DNA of 64,000 nucleotides from Antedon mediterranea (GCF_964355755.1 NC_092677.1:14468101-14532100), one strand, 5' to 3'; numbered from the stretch's first letter, positions 1-13,510 are shown. Notes: a model not told the origin generated them from the sequence alone. Program-made: numbers and translations.

Positions 1-432
1 ATAAATATATTGTATAATCCGGGTTGTAAAATGAAAACAAACAAATGAAAATGTGTGAACTATTTTAAAACGGGATAGATGATAATGATGATCCTGTCAA
101 GTGTATAACAAAATATAAGAAAATTAATGAAAAAAGGAGTAATACAGAATTCATATATGTAAAAATGTTACTTATGAACTGTAACGACATTTACAAGTTA
201 AATAATACGATTTTATGTAATATGAGATAATATGAATGTGAATAAAAGTGGTGTTTGCGCCACAAAAGAGAAGAAAAAAAAAAGAAGAGTAATATCTTGT
301 GTGGATCTGAGTCCCTGGCGAACAGGGTTATACTTCTGAATTAGTTCCTGTAAATAGACGGGTGCTTAACCATTGATGCAGTTTGTATATGATAATAATA
401 TATTGTTTATTACTTTCCCCCTCGATTTTTAG

Positions 433-3400
433 GAGTCACGCTATACTTCTATGATGGAAGAGGAGGTAGATCAAGATACCCTTCGTCAACTGTACTTAAA
501 GGGAGCCGAAAGTGGTGATCTGGATGCTGTGGAATTCGCTCTTTCTCATTGTGACTTTGATAAAAACTGTACAAACCCAGATGGTAAAAATGCACTAGCA
601 GTGGCAATTAAATCAAACAACATAGGTAAATAGGTGATATATTTTGAAATGTTTCAAACCTTTCTCTAAGTTCTTGCATAAATTGTTATATTGTGTAGAT
701 CAATTAATGATAATTTAATGCAAATAAACGACAAATTAAGGTATATTCCGCTTTTAATAATTTCACGGTACTGCCATTTTCTATATTATGAATTAAAATT
801 CTCTATTCCAAGATGAGCGTCCACCACCCAAATGAAGGGTCATTTGCCTCGACAGCCCCGTTCAACTTTTTTGTTTGTGATTGTCGAAAGATTGAAAATA
901 AAAATAAATAAATAAAATAAGTATCCGAGTAATTACCGATACAATTTTTAAAATTTGTTTAAACTAAACATTCCTCTGAAAGCTCATCTCTTAAATTATA
1001 AAGGTGGTAAAAATGTTTATTTTGTCAACAATGGTTTCTAAAATCAATCCCCTAATTCTTTTCAGAAATAGTAAAAGTTCTTTTACAAAACGATGTGAAC
1101 GTTGGGGACGCACTCTTGCGAGCGGTGGATATGCAGAACGTTAAAGTAGTTGACATTTTACTCGAATATGCTCGATCACCACAGGTAAATATTTTTCGTA
1201 AAATGGAAAGAATAAAATAATATAATTATTTGAATAATAATATGCATAATATCTGTCAAATTAAAATATGTGTTTTTAAGGTAGAGTAAATCATTTATAC
1301 TGTTGCTTAATGTATGTTTAATTATATACTGTACGCTTAATCCCAAAAATATCCATATCTCTTTTTCTTCCAATGTATTGCCCTTTAAAATATAACGGTA
1401 AGTGTCTTCCCGTTTAAATAACACCACAATTTAAATTATCATCATTTATCATCATCATCATCATCATTGTTGTTTGTGTTATATTGTTCAACTTTGTGAA
1501 AATATGCCGTGTCATTAAATTTGTTTGGGTTTCATCTGCAATTTGAAAAACATACGGGTATCAATTTTTATGTTTTTTAAGTCTAACTAATAATGGTAAA
1601 CATAATAAGCATAAATATTTTGTTATGTCAATAATATTCATATTTTGAATAGCTAGCCACGGAAAATGGGTAGGCCTACATTTGTTCGTATAACACCTGG
1701 CTCAAGGTAATAAGACAATATTTCATGACTGTATTGCCTTAATGAATATACTAGTTACGCCAATCTTGGTAGGCCTAACTTTGTTAACACGGTAATACAC
1801 GTTCGTAGTTTTTGTGCACAGTTTTCCTTGTATAATAACATCGGAAGGATTATTTAAAATATTTCATATTTTATCATTATGAAAATACTGATTACGATTA
1901 ATAGCTCTTCGAATACTAACACCTGGTGCTCATTGAATATTGAATTATATTATATTACATGGTTACATAAATAATTTGGTATGTTGCTTCAAGTCATTCT
2001 GAATAGGCCTACTAACGTTTATTTTCAAAATTATTACCTGAAAAAATGTAATTTTAAGCAAAAAATATTGTTTATTTTTTTCTTGTTATAAGTGAAATAA
2101 TTAATTTTTTTGTTGTTTTTTTCTACAAAAGTAAATAACGTTATTGAAACTATTAAAAGCCTGATTTTATTAATTTCATTTTTCATGATTTTGGAAGGAC
2201 AACGCATCTTTAATTTTAGTCTTCATTTTAATTTCTGAGCTTTGATATAGCTTATCAAAGCTTAATACATTATCTAGGGGGTTTCGGATGATGTTTGAGG
2301 AAATGAACTGGTAAAAATTGTCTAAACCTTGCCTAAAATAAAAAGTATAATCATTATTATTCATGTAACCCTTATTTCCCCAACAATTAAATACAATGGC
2401 AGCCAAAAGCTGCAATTAATTATTTTTTAACAATTAAACTATGCTAAAATATTAATTAAATAAATAAATAACAACAATACTATCATATCATTACTGATAC
2501 TAAAAACAATTAATTTAAAAACATAATAAACATAAACAGTACTACTACATTCATATCAATATTATTATTATTATTACAATATTCACAATTTGTAAATTAA
2601 AAATGGATAGGCCTAACTTTATTATTATTGTTAGTTTAACAATCAATTCCATACAATAGAGACAATAGATACATAGAGAAACCCTGCCCAGTCAATACAA
2701 TAGAAATTAATTTATTTGTAAATATTTGTCTGAAGTCTTATACTAATGCACGTGGTTTTGATTAATTAAACTTTCAATTAATTGTACTTTAATTAATTAT
2801 TAATTTATTTAACTTCCTTCATTTCTATATATTTTAATGGTATTTTTCAGGGAATGACACAGAATATGATAAACTCACAAGCTGATAATGAGGATTTTCA
2901 TCCAAGTATCACACCAATTATTCTAGCAGCACACACAAATAACCATGACATCATAAAGGTAAGTTTCATTACAATAATGACGTCACATAGATATCACAAG
3001 ATTAACATCATATAAACATCAAGAAACTTTTATTTTTACCAAAGTATAACACCAATTTATTATTTATTATTGTTGTTTTTACAGATGCTTTTGCAACACA
3101 ATGCTGTCATATCAGACCCGTGGAAGAAGTTAAAAACAAGTCGTCAGAAACATTCCGTACAGTACTCTGTCGGCTTGTTGAATATATACAAAGCATTGAG
3201 CAGTGAGTTCTATATCTCTTTGACCAGTGATGACCCGATTGACAAATCATTTGAACTTTATAAAAGACTTAAACTCTTAGCCCGAATGGAGTACGAGTAT
3301 AAGAATGAGTACGACCAGTTAGCGGAACAGGTAATGTTTGTTCTTATATTAATAAGTAATTTACAATATAATATTAATAATGATATGTTGTATTTTAAAA

Positions 3401-3495
3401 TGTGTATGATCAATATTCTTTCCTCGTTGATCTATTACCATTGCTACTTATGCCGTGTTATTATATATTAGCAGTTAAATTCGTGTCAATATTAT

Positions 3496-3589
<94 letters not shown>

Positions 3590-6500
3590 GATTTATTCGG
3601 ATAAACGCCCAGGGGTGTTCAGGAGGGTTTTTATGGGGCTTTTATTCAAGGGAGGCGTTTAGTTGTTTGGCTGTAATATTATAACATGTATAACCAAATA
3701 AATAGCCTCTAGAAAAATAGTTAGAGAATACAGTAAACTTGTATAAAATGCTTGGTAAATTGTAGATCATGTCAATCAATGAATTCTACTACAAATAGAA
3801 ATGTGTTATAATGCATGCAATATTGTGTGTATAATGTATGTGGCAGGAGGTTTATTCGAGCGAGAATTTATTCCAAATCATGTTCTATGGCCGCGTTTAT
3901 TCGAGTTTGGGGGCGTTTATTCAAAGCTGAGCGTCGATTCGAATAAATACGGTAATATTAAAGAATGGGACTGCGTATTTCCAGTGTACCACTGTTTTCC
4001 TCAGTACCGATATTAATTCATTCAATTTGCATTATATTGCCTGTTGCATCTGAATAAATTATGCATATATAATATTATTGTACAAACATATGGTCGAATT
4101 ATAGTATTAATATACTGTAATGTTGTATGGTTTCCAGGATCTGGTGAAATAATTAAACATAACATTTCTATACATAAATGATTCACCGTACTTTCTAACT
4201 AATAACTAATCGAAATCTACAATTTTGGAAAAACATTTCGTATTTTATAATTTAAAAATCCGAAGTTCACTCATTGCGTTTTACATGTGATACAATGTTA
4301 TATCGTAAACTGTTTATTATTCATTAATGTTTCGTGGCATGACTATTATCTAATTATCTGAAAATCAGGCCAAATTATTTGTCATACAAACCGTAACGCT
4401 AAATATAATGGAATTATAATATTACGCTATATACCTAAATATGTATCTGATTTACATCATAATTATCATTTGAAGGTTGAACTATACGCATCAGAACTCC
4501 TTGGACAAACGAGGAACTCTAAAGAATTGTCTACTATACTCACCCATGATCGTGCAGAGTGGAAGAAAACTCCAGAAGTCATTGAGCTTAAACAACCATT
4601 AAAAGTGTTAAAGGCTGTCACATTTTACCAAAAGAGAGTAAGTATAGAAATCTACTAAAGTAAATACAAATTCAGAATCCAGATAGAGATTAATTATAAA
4701 AAGTACATACTACACTTTATTTCTTAGTGACTTTGCTGAGGAAAAACTGTTCGTGGATACTTTTAGGCCTATAATAAAAAAAACGATTAAGATAAATTAT
4801 TTATGTCCTCAAACTTTCCTTAAATTGAATGATAACCATACTAACAGACGAGAGCTATGGTGGTACACCAAATATTATTTTGAATACAGTTCAAACTTTT
4901 ATTTATTTTTTCTTTTATTTTGTGACTTTAAGTTTGTAGCTCATCCGAACTGTCAGATCCTTTTAACTGATAGGTGGTATAAGGGTCTATCAGCTGATTT
5001 GCGGACCAATCGATCACTAAAGGGACTATTGATGACTTTAACTACTTGTATCTTTTGGCCTATATGGTCAATACTTTATCTGGCCGCACCGATTGGAAGA
5101 ATTTCTACATTCATGCGAACCCCGTAAGTGTAATAAACTATTGTTTCATTCTGAATATAAAGTGTGGGATTAATTGGAAAACTTTTTTTATGGCTGTAAC
5201 TTTTATAAAAACGTATTTACGAATGTCACTATCAATATATCATGTAAATGACATGAACAAATATTGCATTATTTTTTATTCACCGTCTACATCCAATATT
5301 TTTTTAACATAACATTTTTTTAAGTTATCTCTAAATTATAGATTTGAGATACTTTTTATTTTTGGTTAATGACCGTTTAGAAGGTTAACCCTATTACTTT
5401 TCTTAACTGGTTAATTATATCAGTTTTGTATATAACTTATATATCGTATACCTTCAGGAACCGGTTATCAATAATGGTTAGAATTAAACCATCATGTTTC
5501 AAATACTGACTGTGCCGCAATGTAGATTGGTTACAGAAATATATAAACTGTAAACATGTTTAAATATTGAAATACTGCAGATACAGTCCAAACAATTTGT
5601 TATCGGTTCTTTTTATTTTTATAATTAAAGGTATATCAAGTTTCTTATGCACACGTCTTCTTATGTCACATTACTGGTGTTGCTTGGATGCGCAACCAGT
5701 GATGTGCAGATACCGAATAAAGAGGTTTTACGAGAGGAAGAAAATGATACATGTCGGGTATCTGAAGATTTAATACAACAAGAACATGCTCTACGCGTTA
5801 GAGGGCGCAGTCCAACTATTATACAAATATTTATTATGAGTTGGATTCTTGGTAATATTTTAAACTTAATTTTTAATATCTAGAAACCGCGATTTTTAGA
5901 ATTTTTATAATTTAGTACGGCTTCAGCGTTTTAAACGAACAAGAAATACTGAAATTGAAATCAACAGACCAGGCTCTGTTTTTTGCTCGACAACGCTCTA
6001 TCGTTGTTCTGGATGCATCTGCTATCATAATATATATGCCTGACATCATCACATCACATTTCCGACTTATAACCAATATCTATCATAACTTATGATCTTT
6101 GCTTATTCATTGGAGCATAATACAATGTGTTTTGTTAATTAGAAATATCTAGATAAAAAATGCGAAAGTGCAATGAAGTATAATAGGCGTATATTTCTTC
6201 TTTTATTAGGTATGACTTGGCGTGAAGTCAAAGAGTTGTACAGGAATGGAATCAAGGCTTACGTAAAAGATATGTGGAATTTCATCGATTTATTTCAAAT
6301 GATTTTATACTGGTGTTGGATATCTCTCAAGTTTGTGTCTATTAATAAGGTTAGTCCTTGTTTTCCAAGTTTCCTCTTGTTTTGGTTTGTTTTCTTGTCT
6401 TCTTTTCCATTCTTTTCTCTTCTTGTCTTCCTCACTGACACTTTCACATTTCCAATAAATTAAATATGCTGTTATCTTTATATTCTGTATATGCTAGGCT

Positions 6501-9500
6501 AGTGCAGATACAGATGACGTGGACCGCAGTGAGTGGCCTATCTACGACCCAAATCTTGTGGCAGAAGCCATGTTTGCAATGGCAAATATCTTCAGCTTTT
6601 GTCGATCGTTGCGGCTTATTGTTATTAGTGATCAAGTCGGACCGCTGCAAATATCATTAGGAGGAATGGTCGATGATATTACAAGGTAATAAGAATGATG
6701 CGTATTAAAACAACTCGATTTAGGTATTCCTTTCTACTTTCAGCAGTCAGTGTATTTAATAAAAACAAACCTAGATAAGATAATTATAATTTTCATTGTA
6801 GGAAAAATATTTGGAATTTTGCAAGTGTTGTAAATTTTTTTCTACAAATTGAGTGTATTCTTTTTTGCAACAAGAAGACACATTTCATACTGTACTATTT
6901 TGGTTTGTATGACAATATAAGATCTGTATCTGTATCTGTATATTGATGGTGTATATTAATTAATGTAGATATTTTACAGCTGTGTCCATCATGCACCTGC
7001 TAAGTTGCTAAAGAGTTGATGATATAGGCAAAGCGCCTGAATAAATGAACAAGAACGAATTGCCTATCGTGGGAACATCTGACTATTTTGTATATATAGA
7101 TTAGAAACAAACAACCTTCTGATCTGATTAATACACCATGTTTCTTTTAGGTTTTTGTTTATATTTACGTTGGTCTGGGTTGCATTTGCTCTTGGACTTA
7201 CGCAGCTCTATTGGCCATATTCACCAGAGGAGATCATTGAATGTATAGAGGCTGGAGAAACTGAACCAGAGGACTGCAGAGAAATGCCATTTGGCACGTG
7301 AGTTACTATTTTTCTATAGTCATTCCCTTCTACAAAGTTATTCATTACTTGAATTTTAGGTCTTGAAAACGTTAAGGGTACGACGCTTAATGTTATTCTT
7401 TTTTATGAATAGGTCCTGGCCTCTAGAATTGTTATCACTGACAAAATAAAAGAAACATAATGTTCATTGCTTCAATGAAAACTGTACCAACAAAAATTGT
7501 GTCATTTCTAGTAAGATTTAGATTTATCTTTACATTTTAGATTTGGTCACTCTATGGAGACTCTTTTTTGGGCGCTTTTTGGCCTTAAAGACCTTGATGT
7601 ATTGATGAGCAGTTCAACGCATGTCTTCACTGAAGCCGTTGGTCGCTTTATTTTCGCGTCGTATTACGTCATTGGAGTAATTATTTTATTGAATGTTCTC
7701 ATCGCCATGATGAGTAGTACATTTAGTCGAGTTGAGGTTAGTAGAATGTTATTCCTTCTCCTTCCCTTCATTGGTACTGTACCAGTGCTCAAATGATTAT
7801 GGTGATAACATTGTTGGCAGGTGGGCAGTGTCGTTTTAGGTGATGGTAGTAATGATGAAGATGACGAGGAGAATGATGGGTGATAACAAAGAGTGTATGC
7901 TGATGAGAATAATGATGAACATGATGAAGATGATTATCCTAAATGGTCAATAGCAATTATGAAGATAGAAGTGATGGTGAGAAAGTCCATAACGATACAT
8001 TATGTTTACAGAAATACTATTTTGTGCTTACTAGGAAGAAGCAGATATAGAATGGAAGTTCAGTCGTGCTGAGATGTGGATGAGTTACTTTGATGATGCC
8101 GCCACTGTTCCTGTTCCATTTAACCTCGTTCCATCACCAAAGAGTATATGGCACGTGATCAAAGAAATTATGCATTGTTGCTGTTACAAGGATGCGGCTC
8201 AGAAATCTAGAAATGTATGTTTATTTGCATAGATATAACATCTAATTTGAGAATTTGAGGAGCTTTCGATTTCCGACGACTAATGACGTCATCTTAGTTA
8301 ATTGTGCGCATGCGGGAATATTGGGACATGTGTACTTTCGTTTTATTAAGTTTCTTTTTTTGGCTCATTAAAAAAGAAAATTCTATACAATAATAATAAT
8401 TTAAATTGTACTATGCCACACTATGCATAGTATGTTCTTTAAATGTATATAATTCCCTAAATTAATAATTAAACGTTGTTTTGTTTTCAGAAATATGCCC
8501 AAAGAGTAGCAGAAAAAGAGAAGAAATATGATGTAGGTATTATTGATAAAAAAAAATCTTTTCCATTTTGTAGACCGGTACATAATATGTTCGAAACTGA
8601 GTAGGCCTATAAAAATGGTCACTTACAAATTAAAATTTTCGCTACGTTACATTTATGTTATTAGCATGACTACGGTATGCTTTCTCTAAGTTGTCTATGT
8701 GTTTACTCCAATGTTTAACTTCTCTAGCTTGATGACATTTTATTTACACTTTTTTAGGAGGTAGTGCATTTGTTGATCGCGCGTTATATTGCCGAAAAGA
8801 AGTCCGATCAGTATGACACTGAGGGCGCAGTGACGCAGTTGGACATCATTTCGGTTCGTCAAGATATCTCAAGTGTAAAGTAAGTAAAATAATGAATAAA
8901 TTATTATCCTTTCACCTAATATGGTAAATCATATACAAAAATGCCAATGATGCAATAAATATTGAATTTTTGTCACTGTACACAATTTTCACTATTTTAT
9001 TTAAGTATAATATTATACTTAGCCTCACGCAAATAAGCTCTTTGCAATTGCTATTGAGCAAATCAGTGCTTATTCTATTTGTTCTATTGATGAAAAGATG
9101 TATTTATTGATTGAATGGTAAAGAGAGTATTAAACGATTGGAAAACAGTTTATTTAGTTGATAAATCAGCTGATTAATTATCAGAAAATAGGAGAAATGA
9201 GCTTATTGGTACAGATTTGCGTTATACTGTGTAACCAGGATGTACAATAGGGCCTACTGTGAACTTCATCTTTCCGAATTTTCCCCATGAATCAAACCAT
9301 GTATCCAATTGTATAAGTATTCTGGAAAATCTAGTTATTTACATTAGATATACCAAATTTGTAAAGATAGTTCCTAACAACAATACTTGTTTTTATAACT
9401 ACATTAGAAATGAAATCACAGAATTTCTGAGGAAAATGGAAGGAACATTAACCCAGTGTAATGAGAAAATAACAAAGCTTTCAAAACGTGTACACACAAT

Positions 9501-10005
9501 AGAAAAGGTTGTTAAGAATGAGGATCCAGATTCAGAAACAGAGAGTGTCTTGTCAACCATAGATCGAAGACAAAACCGGTTTGCTTCAAAGGGTTTCCTG
9601 TCAGGAGGTGGAATGTTCGGCAGTTTATTTAGCAGCAGTAAAAGCAATTCAGATATAAGACTGCGTGTTCCAAATCCCTCGTACGGCACAGCATCGACAA
9701 TCGCCGCAGATGATGTACTTTCACGCAGTGAAGTTGAGAGCAACGTGGACGATTCGCGCCTAACTGCAGCTACTTCAATTGAGTTGGACTCAACCGATGC
9801 ATCAGACAGCTCGGATGAGGAAGACGGTGGCCTTGATAATGCAGGCTTTGATTTCGATCAACCACCTTACAAAAGAGAAAATGAATTTGGCGAGGAGAAA
9901 TCATCTACGATTGACAGTGAAGCACAGTTAGAGCCTGACCAAAGTCAAAGACCAGAATCGCCCACACTTGTCGGCTCGGTCGTGTCATTTTTCAAAAGAT
10001 TTTAG
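433..10005 (+). CDS. TRPC: Canonical-type transient receptor potential channel (TRPC-like), 15 coding exons, 944 aa from ATG 451 (an upstream exon may lie outside the window)
   Basis: GT-AG exons: 433-625, 1066-1184, 2851-2958, 3085-3330, 4476-4637, 4933-5123, 5631-5851, 6210-6349, 6498-6685, 7151-7297, 7541-7736, 8035-8214, 8491-8532, 8758-8879, 9408-10005. The sum is 2853 nt and the frame is continuous. TRPC motifs: ankyrin GDALLRAV and [47 protein letters not shown], pore TLFWALFG, S6 [12 protein letters not shown] box [25 protein letters not shown]. Subfamily not assignable. Confidence 0.93.
3499..3586. repeat. (TA)44 microsatellite in TRPC intron 4
   Basis: Uninterrupted TA run read directly. 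Confidence 0.97.
3587..3952. mobile_element. Non-autonomous TA-targeting (Tc1/mariner-type) MITE
   Basis: Imperfect terminal inverted repeats (TCGGATTTATTCGGATAAACGC / GCGTCGATTCGAATAAATACGG), TA on both flanks, repeated subterminal GGCGTTTATTC motifs. Confidence 0.65.
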
Positions 10006-10010
10006 TTAAT

Positions 10011-10300
10011 CTCAGATTCAGATTTATTTGGTCCTCATGACCGGCACAATCGCTCACATAAAAATAAAATAACATATAAAATATATATAAATAAAAATAA
10101 AGATACACTATACAATATAGACAACAAGGTCATTCTACAGTATTTTGTCATTGAAGCACGGATGGAAAAAGGGATGAATGAATTTAGATATCTGTTAGTT
10201 CTACATGTGCTTGCTACGTAGTCGTTTTCCTGACCTTAACCATACATAATCTTGGTGTAATGGATGTTTATTATTTAGTATAATGCCCTTTCCTAATACT
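10011..10300 (-). mobile_element. 3' remnant of a Rex1/Babar-like LINE
   Basis: Minus strand reads IILNNKHPLHQDYVWLRSGKRLRS and, after a frameshift, TCRTNRYLNSFIPFSIR, matching the Rex1/Babar ORF C-terminal pattern HPLH...SGRR...RTNR..NSF.P..I. It ends in AATAAA plus a TCTGAA-like tail. Confidence 0.7.
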
Positions 10301-10445
10301 TCTATATCAGGAAGGAGTACAGGATGAACCATGTTGACTAAAAGAGGAAATAGTACATGAAAATGTAATTGGATTTATACAATAATTTTCTTATAATTGT
10401 TTATATATAACAAATATGAAACAGAAATTGTTAGAATTATATAAA

Positions 10446-13013
10446 CTAGATGGCACGCTCGCTTCGCTCGCGTACCATCTAGGGGTGCTCACAGATGGTT
10501 CTCGAATACAGTAGAATCCACGGACGGGGACTTTTTTGGGACACTAAACAAAAACGGAAGTGTCCCCCTAATTGGGGTATTCAGAAATAGAGACAACAAA
10601 ACCAATACTGGATTCCGTAAAGGACAATTAATTTATGTGGATTAAAGAAATTAGGGAGAAATGGAAATGTATGTACGGGAATTGGGCGGCACGTGGTGGT
10701 GGTGATGGAACCGCAGTAATAAAGTTGATTGTATTTATATATTATAAGAACCAAACTAAATAAATAGACCTAGACATTCTGCGAAATGGAAATCGGAAAT
10801 TCAAGCTCCTATTCAGTGAAAAATTAAACTGTAGTCTACCTAAATATTTAGGGCAAATCATCGGTTGTGGTGTTGAAATTTCTGTAAACATTTGTGTGAA
10901 CCAAACTGGGTCGAATTTCTGTCATGAGTAGGCCTACTGATTTGTTGGCCTGTGATTTATGACGCCTAAGGGATCTATCTAGACTTATTTTTTAGAATAA
11001 TGTACGTACCTGTCAGATACAATTGTCTTGTGTCGTATAATAAAAAGTACTGTAATAGTTACTGAAGTTACTATTACAATCTCGTCAATGAAAACACGAA
11101 AATGTATATGCACTTACTTATGAAAACGTATACAGTATTATACTCAGTTATTGAAACAGTAGGTTTAAAAAAGTTTCGTTTGTCTGTAAAATGATGTAAT
11201 CAAGCTGTTTACATGAGTCTTAATTTATAAGCACATCAATAATAAAATAGTTTATCTATCCTGTAATTGGCGAGATTATGGTCGCTGTTGAATGAAATAA
11301 TGCCAATCGGTATCATATTTGTACAGAAACGTTTTCGCGGCCGAAGGGTGTAACCTAAATTCGTTGTATTATCGTCAAGAACTAACTGTAACTAAACTTA
11401 CATAGAAAGTAGGGTATCATAAATTTGGCCTTAGCACTCGGGGGAGTGGCTAAGATGAAGTCCGTGGGACTACTAAATATAAATTGTAATGAACCTCGAG
11501 GGACATAAATAGGAATATTTCATGTTTCATTATCAATGTATAATAAATGGAAACTGTTTACCGATTCAAATAATAGAAATTGGTTTTTAACATTTTCCGA
11601 ACCTATTGCAAGTTTATTCTCAAAGGGCCCATATATTTACCTACCGTATGTGTTAAACCAAGGGCTCATAAATTTACCTACAGTACTTGTGTTAAACCAA
11701 ACTCTGGCAGACTGAGAGATTGGGATGTTCCATTCATCGCAAATCAATACATTTGTATAATCGTATATTAAATCTATCAAAATAGTATTTTTTAAAGAAA
11801 ATCGGCCTGTCTTCAACATTATGATGGTGTACTCTAGCAATCTATCAAAATAGTATTTTTTAAAGAAAATCGGCCTGTCTTCAACATTATGATGGTGTAC
11901 TCTAGCTGTTCAACCGGTTTTCAGCTATTAAAAACAATTATCGTAGGAGGAGATAGGAAAATGCGAAGCCTCCTCGCTATGTAACATTAGGGTTGAGGGA
12001 TGGGAAAGCGGATAGGTACAAAGAGGAACAATTTTTAAATATATTCTTTATCCACTGAGTAACGAAATATTTTGTTCATGTTTTATAGGCCTATAAATAA
12101 TATACCTCTAAATACAGTAGGCCTAAAACATTTGCGATTTAATACTTTGTTAAAACTGTCACTGTCATAATCGATTGAAATATTAAAGTACATGTCACGA
12201 TACACCACTACGACGTTTATATTTTTGGTAATTATTAATTACTACAAACGTTGAGAAGGAACTGTCAGTATAAAGTTTATTTGTATATCTAACAGTAGAG
12301 CCTATCCACAGTCTCAGTAATAAAGTTTATTTGTATATATTTTTATATTACATCTAACAGTACGAACATTCACAGTAAGAAATGTTCGATTCAAATGAAA
12401 AATAGTTAATAGGTATTTACAGTATTGTCAAAGTATTGCAAGTTTATTCTCAAAGGGCCCATATATTTACCTACCGTATGTGTTAAACCAAGGGCTCATA
12501 AATTTACCTACAGTACTTGTGTTAAACCAAACTCTGGCAGACTGAGAGATTGGGATGTTCCATTCATCGCAAATCAATACATTTGCATAATCGTATATTA
12601 AATCTATCAAAATAGTATTTTTTAAAGAAAATCGGCCTGTCTTCAACATTATGATGGTGTACTCTAGCTGTTCAACCGGTTTTCAGCTATTAAAAACAAT
12701 TATCGTAGGAGGAGATAGAAAAATGCGAAGCCTCCTCGCATTTTTTTGGCGGGTATTTTTCAAGATGGACATCCATTAGACAGTGTATACCACGATCGGA
12801 GAACACCCCTATTTGGGGCAAATCGTTGAACCTAAATTCGTTTTAATCGTCAATAACTAATTATCTAACTCAATTTAATTAGTAAACAGGGTTACATCAG
12901 GCGGTTAAAATCAGTACCGAAAGTACGAACCAACTTTACATACCATCGAGTGAAAATTCTAGAAGTAAGGCGCGATTTACCGAATTTTGCCCTTACGTAA
13001 ATTTATATATAGA
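10446..13013 (-). mobile_element. Non-autonomous Helitron (about 2.57 kb)
   Basis: Minus strand begins A|TCTATATATAAA at 13013 and ends in a GC-rich hairpin then CTAG|T at 10446 (plus strand CTAGATGGCACG-CTCGCTTCGCTCG-CGTACCATCTAG). Inserted between A and T with no TSD. No Rep/helicase ORF. Confidence 0.75.
11604..12739 (+). repeat. Near-identical 306-bp direct repeat (11604-11977, 12434-12739); first copy carries a 68-bp tandem duplication (11771-11838 / 11839-11906)
   Basis: Direct sequence comparison. It also explains the twin spurious ORFs 11637-11840 and 12467-12649. Confidence 0.92.
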
Positions 13014-13337
13014 TACTAATAATTAGCAATTAGTGCAATACATTATTCTACAATCTTGGACAATATTCAATTAAGATAGTTAACCGTATTTATTAATTTT
13101 TATTAAATTATAATTTAAAAATGTATTATACTTTATTTCAACACAATTAACATTTTACTGCAAAATATTTCTATAATAAAATTTATTTAAAAGAATAGAA
13201 TCGCTGTAGTTTGTTGATACTATTTTTATTTCATATGTTTAAAAAGTTTTAGATACTAGTGGTTAGTCTATTATACAAGCTTAAACTGCATTTTAAATAT
13301 TACAATGACGTTTTAATTGGTTATATTTTCATTCAAG

Positions 13338-13510
13338 TTACGTTCAAAATGAGTGTTCATTCATAAGGCGTCAGCTAATACGCATGCGTAGAGAAGGATT
13401 TGGAAGACGTAAACATGAATACACACATGCGTACAAGCTGGCGCGTTCGATTCGCGCGAACAAATTCGCCTAGTGGAAAATCGGCTTTACGTTCAAAATG
13501 AGTGTTCATT
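13338..13510. mobile_element. Fragment with a single Harbinger-like end, flanked by a 24-bp direct repeat
   Basis: TTACGTTCAAAATGAGTGTTCATT at 13338-13361 and 13487-13510. The insert ends CTAGTGGAAAATCGGCT|TTA. Confidence 0.45.

Noticed and set aside
3402-3662. 86-aa ORF with (IY)n
   Set aside because: Translation of the (TA)n microsatellite and MITE in an intron.
7800-7990. GAT/GAA-rich stretch resembling acidic coding sequence
   Set aside because: Degenerate trinucleotide low-complexity intron DNA with stops; the flanking TRPC exons join without it.
9399-9743. 114-aa minus-strand ORF
   Set aside because: Antisense shadow of the TRPC last exon.
11637-12649. Twin ORFs MLKTGRFSLK...
   Set aside because: Produced by the 306-bp duplication inside the Helitron; no recognisable protein motifs.
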